Origin: Sedimentisphaera cyanobacteriorum
Lineage (GTDB): Bacteria; Planctomycetota; Phycisphaerae; Sedimentisphaerales; Sedimentisphaeraceae
Direction of reading: 5' to 3'
DNA: 32,000 nucleotides
NCBI RefSeq assembly: GCF_001997385.1
Contig: NZ_CP019633.1
Location: 2,460,001 to 2,492,000 of the forward strand
Part shown: positions 17,373 to 23,729 of the stretch, piece by piece
Layout: each line of letters begins with the position of its first letter
How positions within the stretch are numbered: the stretch's first letter is position 1
Position numbers and translations under genes: made by a program
The notes under the pieces: model-generated
Database searches by the model: none
Seen by the model: the letters and a program-made list of their open reading frames with translations, nothing else
Told to the model about the DNA's origin: nothing

Positions 17373-17400
17373 AGTCTATTAAAAAGCGGTTTGAAGTCAA
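17373..17400 (-). promoter_or_regulatory. Candidate promoter of etfB-etfA-acd operon
   Basis: Minus strand TTGACT (17395-17400), a 16-nt spacer, then TAGACT (17373-17378). Confidence 0.4.
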
Positions 17401-17460
17401 TATCTCCGAGGCTGCGCTGCAGGATAAAGGGCGAAAAAATTGGCCGCATTTTCATCAAAA

Positions 17461-17488
17461 TTGACTTTTTAATTTTAACTGGTAGTAT
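17461..17488 (+). promoter_or_regulatory. Candidate promoter of the inositol-monophosphatase-family gene
   Basis: TTGACT (17461-17466), a 16-nt spacer, then TAGTAT (17483-17488), about 40 nt upstream of the GTG start. It is divergent from the etf promoter. Confidence 0.45.
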
Positions 17489-17531
17489 CTTGTTTCGGTA
17501 AAATTATTATTCATACTCTTAAAGGAAACCT

Positions 17532-18326
17532 GTGTATTCTAAAGACGTAAAAATCGCCAAAAAAGCAGCGACGCTTGCAGGGGACAAGGCCTTGAGCGAG
17601 CTTGCAAATATCAAAACGAGCTTCAAAAACGGCAGTGAAGTTGTAACGCAGGCAGACCCGCTCTGCCAGCAGATTATTATTGATGAGATAAAAAAACACT
17701 GCCCTGAAGACGGTATTGTAGCTGAAGAAGGCGAAAAGGGAAAAGTTCTTGTTTTGCCTCCGCAAGGCTCGCAGAGATGGTGGATAATCGACCCTATAGA
17801 CGGGACGAATAATTACAGCAAAAAGATTATGCTTTTCAGTGTCTCAATTGCTCTTTTTGAAGACAGCATGCCGGTGGCGGGAGTGGTTTACTGCCCTGGC
17901 AGCGGCGAGATGTTTGAGGCAAGCCTAAACGGCGGGATGTTCCTTAACGGAATCAGAAGTTTCTGCAGCGAAGATCAAATCAAGCCTCAGTCTATGGTTG
18001 CTATTGACAGCGCTTGGCCGAATGGCATACCAGAAGGGATTATCGAGCTCTGCAAAAGCTGCAAACTCCGAAATTTCGGCTCAACAGCGCTACACCTTGC
18101 TTACGTGGCTTCGGGGTCTATGAATGCATGCATCGTAAACAAAAACAGAATATGGGATTTCGCCGCAGGGGCAATGCTGATTCAGGAAGCAGGAGGGAAA
18201 ATCACCTATCAGGACGGAACAGATATAACACCTCTCAATCCTCAGGCCGCTTCGGAAAAGAATTTCGAACTTACAGCCTCAAATAATGTAGTACATAACA
18301 TAGTATTAGATGCTTTAATAAGTTAA
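17532..18326 (+). CDS. Inositol monophosphatase family protein (SuhB/CysQ-like phosphatase)
   Basis: IMPase signatures are present: VAEEGEKG (metal Glu), WIIDPIDGTNNY (DPxDGT) and WDFAAGAMLIQEAGG (WDxAAG). GTG start with AAGGAAA SD. Confidence 0.85.
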   Translation: MYSKDVKIAKKAATLAGDKALSELANIKTSFKNGSEVVTQADPLCQQIIIDEIKKHCPEDGIVAEEGEKGKVLVLPPQGSQRWWIIDPIDGTNNYSKKIMLFSVSIALFEDSMPVAGVVYCPGSGEMFEASLNGGMFLNGIRSFCSEDQIKPQSMVAIDSAWPNGIPEGIIELCKSCKLRNFGSTALHLAYVASGSMNACIVNKNRIWDFAAGAMLIQEAGGKITYQDGTDITPLNPQAASEKNFELTASNNVVHNIVLDALIS

Positions 18327-18344
18327 AACACTCCGGAACAGCTT

Positions 18345-18467
18345 TTAGCTTAGCTTCTTGCCCCTAAGCCTTTTTATGTTAAAATAAATGAAATAGGCAG
18401 CAGGAGATTGTTAAGCCTTATTAAGTTAGCCTTATGTTAGCTCATTATTAGCAAAGCTGACGTTAGG
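18345..18467 (+). repeat. TTAGC pentamer array (five exact copies, three in an exact 11-bp register) upstream of the glycosyltransferase operon
   Basis: Exact TTAGC occurs at 18345, 18350, 18426, 18437 and 18448. Variants are TTAAGC at 18411 and TTAGG at 18463. The units TTAGCCTTATG / TTAGCTCATTA / TTAGCAAAGCT are contiguous 11-mers. A weak promoter candidate follows directly: CTGACA (18468-18473), 17 nt, TAATTA (18491-18496). Confidence 0.6.
18348..18376 (+). terminator. Weak terminator-like hairpin after the IMPase-family gene
   Basis: GCTTAG (18348-18353) and CTAAGC (18364-18369) form a 6-bp stem with a 10-nt loop, followed by CTTTTTAT. Confidence 0.3.
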
Positions 18468-18555
18468 CTGACAAACAACTAATTTTTTCCTAATTAAACG
18501 CTTATAGAAGTTTGGTTTAATAGGGGCATAAAAATAAATTTTCGAGGGAAAAGAG

Positions 18556-19662
18556 ATGGCCAGAATACTATATGGAGTGGCCGGTGAAGGCTTCGGCCAC
18601 AGCAGCAGAGCACATATCACAGGCAAGATGCTCATAGAATCAGGGCATGAGGTTCTGTTTGCAGCTTCCAACAAATCTCTGGAATACCTTAACAGGTATT
18701 TCCCCGGGAGGGTATGCAAAATTCACGGCCTAACATTCCACTACGAAAATTCTACCGTGAATCTTCCCAAGACCTTCTTCTCGAATTTCTCTCAGCTTCC
18801 CGAAATGCTTGAAATTAACAATAAAACGTTCAACGGAGCGGTAAAAGATTTTGCTCCGGATGTAGTAATAACAGATTTCGACCCTTTCACCTCCAACTGG
18901 GCCTGCAAAAACGAGGTGCCCTGCATAAGCATAGACCACGAACATCTGATGTGCAAATTTGAATTCGACCGTCCTGAAACAGGCTGGTTCGAGAGGCTTA
19001 TGAGCGATACTGTAACGAAAATCTATCTAAAGGACATATCGGCGTATATAGTTTTGAACTTCTTTAATGCCCATCCGCTTGCAGATAACGCCCATCTCGC
19101 TCCGCCTGTGATACGGGATGAGGCAGCAAAGCACAAGCCCACCAGCGAGGACGACCACGTAATATGTTATGCAACTACAGAGAGCTGTCTTGATGATTTC
19201 TACAGGGTTTTCAAGAAATTCCCGCAGCAGAAGTTCCTCCTTTACGGATTTGGAATTGAAGGGGTAGAAGGGAACTGCATATTCAGGCAGCGAAACACCG
19301 AAGAATTCCTCAGAGACCTTGCAAGCTGCAGGGGCGTAATCGCCTCGGGCGGTTTCTCGCTTATAAGCGAATGCCTGCATTTCAAAAAGAGGATGCTGGT
19401 TAAGCCGATTCATAATCAGGTTGAACAGATGATAAACGCCTACCACATCGACAGAATGGGGGCAGGGGCGTATGTGGATAAGATTGACGAAAATGTATTG
19501 GACAACTACCTTGAATGGCTCAAGGAAACGCCTTCATTCGGGCATAAGGATATGCTCCGCCCGAACAACGACGCATATTTCAGCATTCTGGCCGGCGTGC
19601 TGGCCGATGTTACAGGCGGAAAGGCAAGGTTGCCAAAATACGAAAGAAGTGTTGAGCTCTAA
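18556..19662 (+). CDS. GT-B fold glycosyltransferase (MurG/UGT-like, MJ1255/Glyco_trans_1_3-type)
   Basis: The N-terminal Gly-rich loop is ILYGVAGEGFGHSSRAHITG. The C-terminal nucleotide-sugar-binding region is GVIASGGFSLISECLHFKKRMLVKP. SD GAGGGAAAAGAG. The stop lies 5 nt before the next start. Confidence 0.7.
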   Translation: MARILYGVAGEGFGHSSRAHITGKMLIESGHEVLFAASNKSLEYLNRYFPGRVCKIHGLTFHYENSTVNLPKTFFSNFSQLPEMLEINNKTFNGAVKDFAPDVVITDFDPFTSNWACKNEVPCISIDHEHLMCKFEFDRPETGWFERLMSDTVTKIYLKDISAYIVLNFFNAHPLADNAHLAPPVIRDEAAKHKPTSEDDHVICYATTESCLDDFYRVFKKFPQQKFLLYGFGIEGVEGNCIFRQRNTEEFLRDLASCRGVIASGGFSLISECLHFKKRMLVKPIHNQVEQMINAYHIDRMGAGAYVDKIDENVLDNYLEWLKETPSFGHKDMLRPNNDAYFSILAGVLADVTGGKARLPKYERSVEL

Positions 19663-19667
19663 GGCCT

Positions 19668-20531
19668 ATGAAAAAATTTAGAAAAAGAGATGTCCCGCTT
19701 TACATAGTCAGTGATCTTCATATCGGCTCGGGCAAGAGCAGAGACAACTTCTCCTGTCCGGATAAGCTTTCTGAATTTCACCGCTTTCTCAATGAAGTTG
19801 ACAAAGAGAACGGCCAGATTATCATCCTCGGAGATTTTATGGATCTCTGGAGATTCAGCTTCAAGAGCATAATCAGAAAACACGACGAGCTGATCTCCCG
19901 CCTCGGCGAGATGGACTGCTATCTCATCCCGGGCAACCACGACCTCTCACTGAACAACCCTGAATACCACGGAAGCAAATATCCGCTGTTTAACAACATC
20001 ACTTATCCGTTCTCAATGAAAATCGGCGATAGAGATATCGCCTTCTGGCACGGCCACGAGATGGATATGCTCAACAAATACATCAGACCGTCTTTCGGGA
20101 AAACGCTCGGGCATTCTGTGCTGCCGGTGGAATATTTTGCTAAAGGGCAAATTTTCAATTCAGATGTGCTTGTGGAAGGATTCTTAAAGTTTGAAGCGTT
20201 TGTGCTGGCAATATGGAATACGGTAGTGGATACGTTTATTGATGCGGAAACCGGACTGGAAAAGATCTCGCCGGATATCATTTTCAATCTCCTTGCTAGA
20301 AAACACAACGCAAAAAGAATTAGAAAATTTGAGCATCAGTCTTCACAGCAGGGCAAAACTGTGATCTCAGCACATACACATCAGGCGGGAATGTTCGGCA
20401 ACTGGTATTTCAACAGCGGCTCTTGGACAACATCAAAATCTGATTTTCTGAAAATATGGCCGACAGGTGTTGTCGATGTGCTCAAATGGGACAGCGGCTC
20501 GCAGGCTGTAAACAACAGAATCCTAGCATAA
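19668..20531 (+). CDS. Calcineurin-like metallophosphoesterase, LpxH/YbbF-like (UDP-2,3-diacylglucosamine pyrophosphatase family)
   Basis: The ordered MPE motifs are VSDLHIG, ILGDFMDLW (which resembles the LpxH GDLFxxW), IPGNHD, WHGHE and SAHTHQ. Confidence 0.7.
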   Translation: MKKFRKRDVPLYIVSDLHIGSGKSRDNFSCPDKLSEFHRFLNEVDKENGQIIILGDFMDLWRFSFKSIIRKHDELISRLGEMDCYLIPGNHDLSLNNPEYHGSKYPLFNNITYPFSMKIGDRDIAFWHGHEMDMLNKYIRPSFGKTLGHSVLPVEYFAKGQIFNSDVLVEGFLKFEAFVLAIWNTVVDTFIDAETGLEKISPDIIFNLLARKHNAKRIRKFEHQSSQQGKTVISAHTHQAGMFGNWYFNSGSWTTSKSDFLKIWPTGVVDVLKWDSGSQAVNNRILA

Positions 20532-20551
20532 AAAAAACCCCAAAAAATTCA

Positions 20552-20561
20552 CCCCCCCCCC
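20552..20561 (+). repeat. Poly-C homopolymer (C10) within a G-free A/C-rich stretch
   Basis: 20532-20565 reads AAAAAAACCCCAAAAAATTCACCCCCCCCCCAAA. It begins directly after the metallophosphoesterase stop codon. Confidence 0.9.
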
Positions 20562-20623
20562 AAATCGCTCTGGGCTTTGAGCAAAGGTCATTTTGCATTT
20601 TAACCAAAATTCAGCAAAACAGA

Positions 20624-20651
20624 TTGACATTTGACCCGCTTTCTATATATT
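20624..20651 (+). promoter_or_regulatory. Candidate promoter for tRNA-Gly
   Basis: Perfect TTGACA (20624-20629), a 16-nt spacer, then TATATT (20646-20651). The tRNA 5' end is 18 nt downstream. Confidence 0.55.
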
Positions 20652-20668
20652 TATCCATCTGCTCGAAT

Positions 20669-20739
20669 GCGGGTGTAGCTCAATGGTAGAGCCCCAGCCT
20701 TCCAAGCTGGCTATGTGGGTTCGATTCCCATCACCCGCT
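20669..20739 (+). tRNA. tRNA-Gly (anticodon UCC)
   Basis: Hand-folded cloverleaf: acceptor GCGGGTG/CACCCGC, D arm GCTC-AATGGTA-GAGC, anticodon arm CCAGC-CTTCCAA-GCTGG, 4-nt variable loop, T arm GTGGG-TTCGATT-CCCAT, discriminator T. No encoded CCA. Confidence 0.95.
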
Positions 20740-20752
20740 TTTAAACAAATCT

Positions 20753-20789
20753 CCCGTCTGTGGAACACGCAGGCGGGTTATTTTATTTA
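20753..20789 (+). terminator. Intrinsic terminator after tRNA-Gly
   Basis: Stem CCCGTCTG (20753-20760) pairs with CAGGCGGG (20770-20777), with one G.U pair and a 9-nt loop, followed by TTATTTTATTT. Confidence 0.6.
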
Positions 20790-21132
20790 CTCACAAGCAC
20801 TTATGAAACATATCCGCCATTTCAATCCCCGCCCTTGAATATGAAATTCAAAACATTAAAACAAAAAAAATCGTGCAATCGTACAGTTTATGTGGATTAA
20901 AGCCATTAGATTCGTGTAATAGTCGGATTGAATGCCGGCTTAGTTCAGAGTGCAGATTCTAAAGCTTATACTAATTCTTATTCTGAACCGTATACTAAAG
21001 CGTATATGCAGGGTAATGAACAGAGTTGCAATTAATTACAAACAGCGATTGATATAATATCTAAGTACTCTCAAAATAACGCTTTATGCGAGAAAATGCT
21101 TCGCAGTGCGTTTGCCTGCAAAAGTGGAAAAA

Positions 21133-21206
21133 TGGGCCGTGCAGGACTTGAACCTGCGACCCCCTGCTTGTAAGGCAGGTGCTCTAGCCAACTGAGCTAA
21201 CAGCCC
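21133..21206 (-). tRNA. tRNA-Val (anticodon UAC)
   Basis: The reverse complement folds as acceptor GGGCTGT/ACGGCCC, D arm GCTC-AGTTGGCTA-GAGC, anticodon arm CCTGC-CTTACAA-GCAGG, variable GGGTC, T arm GCAGG-TTCAAGT-CCTGC, discriminator A. No encoded CCA. Confidence 0.95.
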
Positions 21207-21220
21207 TTTGAGAGAGAGGT

Positions 21221-21248
21221 ATAATATGGAAAGCTTTGAAAGAGTCAA
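21221..21248 (-). promoter_or_regulatory. Candidate promoter for tRNA-Val
   Basis: Minus strand TTGACT (21243-21248), a 16-nt spacer, then TATTAT (21221-21226). An A9 tract just upstream is UP-element-like. The tRNA 5' end is 14 nt downstream of the -10. Confidence 0.55.
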
Positions 21249-21344
21249 CTTTTTTTTTGGGAAAGTTTGCCCTATTCGAGAATTTTTCTAATCTTGAAGC
21301 TCTTAATCTGGCAAGCTCCCGTCATGCAAGGGTTTAAGAGGAGT

Positions 21345-23627
21345 TTACATCTGAATCTCGCACAGGGCAAGAGAATAAGGCGGAAGCGAATAATATACTG
21401 AATTTGCCGCTTGCAATATTTCCGCTGTTTGAAGGGATGAGCTGTCTCTGGATACATCGCCGTCCTGAGCCTTGAGCAACTTCACATTCGCCGATTGTAT
21501 GGGCGAGCTGTTTTCGATAAGCACCTTTTTCTCCGAGGCGGTTTTATTGAGCAGAACATTGAAGAGCTTGCTTTCATCTTCACTGAAGGCAGAGATGCAC
21601 GGAAGAGCCGAATCGGACGAATCAGATTCCAGAAGCATCTTGCCTAAAACATTATTGAAAAACTTCATCGCCTTGAGAACAGGTCTCGGCTGGAGGGTAT
21701 CGGGGTCTATAAATGCCCTGTCGCCCTGCACAGCAGCCCAAGAGCCCGGCCATCTTGTAGCCATAAACACATTGCCCTTAATAAACTGCATCATCATCTC
21801 GCTTTGAATAAGTGCGGCCTGATAATGAGATCTTTCGATTCTGTTCCATAGAGGCCCGGCATTCCATTCTGAGATTATAACGTCTATCCCATACTCAGAA
21901 TACCGGCTGCGGAAATTGTTTATCTCCTGGTTATAGGGCAGATGTTCGCCCGCCCATTGGGTGTGCTCTGCAGTAATTGGAACATCATTAATGAAATTCT
22001 CCCACGTAGCAAGGTCTTCTGCCGGCGAATCCTTATCGCCCCATCTCCAGTAGCAGTGGAGGTCTGCGTAGTCAACGTTGTGCCCTGCAAGCTCGAAAAA
22101 TTCGTCCCATCTGGGAGCCGAATAAGGGGTATTGAAATGGTTAGACGTGTTTACGATAATCTCAATAGTAGGGTCTATCTGCTTCATGGCGGGAACGAAC
22201 ATATTAACAATATCTGCTAGCTCTTGAGCTGTCATATCGAATGGCTCGTTGCCTATTCGCCAGTATTTGATGTTATAACTGCTGTTTTTGCAGTGCTGCA
22301 CAAGAGCAAGCGTTTCGTCCAATGAATCCTGAATCCGGTTGTATCTCCAGCCGGACTGGAAATTTATCGTAATAAAAGGCTCTGCATCCAGCACATAGCA
22401 CCAGTACCGATAATCATCAATATCCATGGTATGCTCAGACTGGCAAACGCTTTTATCCTCAAAGTAGTAAAATGAATCCGGATCGGTCTCCCAAGAATCT
22501 CTCCAAACAGGTGCGCCGGGGCATTCCTGCCAGTGCCAGCCGGCCTTTGCTGTATCCGGATATCGCAGCACCTCAGCACCCAGCTCGGAAATCCGCTGAG
22601 GGATAATCCCGTCTGACCAGCGCTGGTCATTATCGTAGCAGGTGTTCACGCAAGTCCCGTTGAGGTATGGGCTTATCTGATGGAGCTGATTATCTTTATC
22701 CAGCGTAATTTCTACATCCGATTTCAGGCTCAGCCAGCTCTCAGCAAGCTGCTTTAAGTCTTGAGCTGTAATACTCCCTGAGGCTTCCAAGTCAGCAGTT
22801 TCGGAGAAATTATCGTTATCGTAATCTGCAAGCCAGCATTCGCCTAAATCTGAAAAATCTTCTAAATTAACAGCAAAATCCGCATTCAGATCCGATGGGA
22901 AAGTGTTGATGCTCGTATCGATTATTGTTTTGCCGTTTTCAAGACGAACCTGCACCTCGGCAAGCGGATGGCCTCCATAGGCCGTGATAAAGCCCTCAGC
23001 CTTGAGCTGATTTGCCAAATTCTGCTGATCAGCGTTTATTGTAAGACTGCCTCCTGCAATATTTATCCTGCCCGAGCTGAGCTGTGAATTATCCACCCTG
23101 AGCCAGTTCACCTCTACCGCAGAATCTGCAATAAAAAGATGTCCTGAAGCCTGAGCATCATTTTCGCTTCTGGCAATCCAAAAGGTGCTTCTTATTCTAA
23201 CTGAAGAGCCGTTTTTAACAATCATCCTTCCCGTTTGAGAATTACCGATGTAAAATTTGCCTGCTGCATTGAGTGTGCTGTCTGAAAGCACAAGCTCGGC
23301 GGTTCCGCCTGCCCAGCTTCCTGCGCCTCCCCAGCCGTTAATTTGCAGTGAAGCTGAATTCAGCTGCATTTTGCCATTCTTGAACTTGAAAGCATTGCAG
23401 CAGAGCTCATCTCCGGGTTCTGTTACAGGGCTGGCTGAACCGGCCTGCACATCAATTGAAATATCCTCGCTGCAAATCGGGACGCTGTTTTGTCCCCAGT
23501 TTGCGGGGGTTGTCCATTTATGTCCGCTGCCGCTGTCAGACCACCAGTTATCTGCCAATCCGCCGGCAGGTAAAACCCAAAAGAAAAATGAAATAAAAAA
23601 TATAAATCCGGCACTCTGTTTTTTCAT
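21345..23627 (-). CDS. Secreted multidomain glycoside hydrolase: signal peptide + N-terminal beta-helix-like module + two dockerin-like repeats + clan GH-A (beta/alpha)8 domain (family not assignable by eye)
   Basis: Signal peptide MKKQSAGFIFFISFFFWVLPAGGLA. Residues ~26-240 are homologous to the N-terminus of the adjacent 810-aa ORF. Residues ~245-300 carry two D-x-N/E-x-D/S...D Ca-loop repeats (DLNADFAVNLEDFSDLGECW, DLEASGSITAQDLKQLAESW). The catalytic-type motifs YWRIGNEPF (acid/base) and VIISEWNAGP (nucleophile) are 126 aa apart, followed by a C-terminal beta-sandwich-like tail. Confidence 0.7.
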   Translation of the reverse strand: MKKQSAGFIFFISFFFWVLPAGGLADNWWSDSGSGHKWTTPANWGQNSVPICSEDISIDVQAGSASPVTEPGDELCCNAFKFKNGKMQLNSASLQINGWGGAGSWAGGTAELVLSDSTLNAAGKFYIGNSQTGRMIVKNGSSVRIRSTFWIARSENDAQASGHLFIADSAVEVNWLRVDNSQLSSGRINIAGGSLTINADQQNLANQLKAEGFITAYGGHPLAEVQVRLENGKTIIDTSINTFPSDLNADFAVNLEDFSDLGECWLADYDNDNFSETADLEASGSITAQDLKQLAESWLSLKSDVEITLDKDNQLHQISPYLNGTCVNTCYDNDQRWSDGIIPQRISELGAEVLRYPDTAKAGWHWQECPGAPVWRDSWETDPDSFYYFEDKSVCQSEHTMDIDDYRYWCYVLDAEPFITINFQSGWRYNRIQDSLDETLALVQHCKNSSYNIKYWRIGNEPFDMTAQELADIVNMFVPAMKQIDPTIEIIVNTSNHFNTPYSAPRWDEFFELAGHNVDYADLHCYWRWGDKDSPAEDLATWENFINDVPITAEHTQWAGEHLPYNQEINNFRSRYSEYGIDVIISEWNAGPLWNRIERSHYQAALIQSEMMMQFIKGNVFMATRWPGSWAAVQGDRAFIDPDTLQPRPVLKAMKFFNNVLGKMLLESDSSDSALPCISAFSEDESKLFNVLLNKTASEKKVLIENSSPIQSANVKLLKAQDGDVSRDSSSLQTAEILQAANSVYYSLPPYSLALCEIQM

Positions 23628-23664
23628 AAAAACCCTGAATTAAACGTGAAGCCAGTAATTAATA

Positions 23665-23703
23665 CAAAAAACCTGCACGCCCTGTTTGAAGAAGCGTGCA
23701 AGT
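23665..23703 (-). terminator. Intrinsic terminator between the 810-aa and 760-aa genes
   Basis: The minus strand reads ACTTGCACGC-(13 nt)-GCGTGCAGGT: a 10-bp stem with one G.U pair, running into TTTTTT. It starts about 27 nt after the 810-aa ORF stop. Confidence 0.65.
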
Positions 23704-23729
23704 TTATAAATCAAAATTTGGTTATTTAA

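Noticed and set aside
20669-21206. An integrated mobile element or prophage remnant at the tRNA genes.
   Set aside because: No integrase, transposase or excisionase ORF is present, and I could find no repeat of either tRNA 3' end in the window. It is kept only as a low-interest boundary observation.
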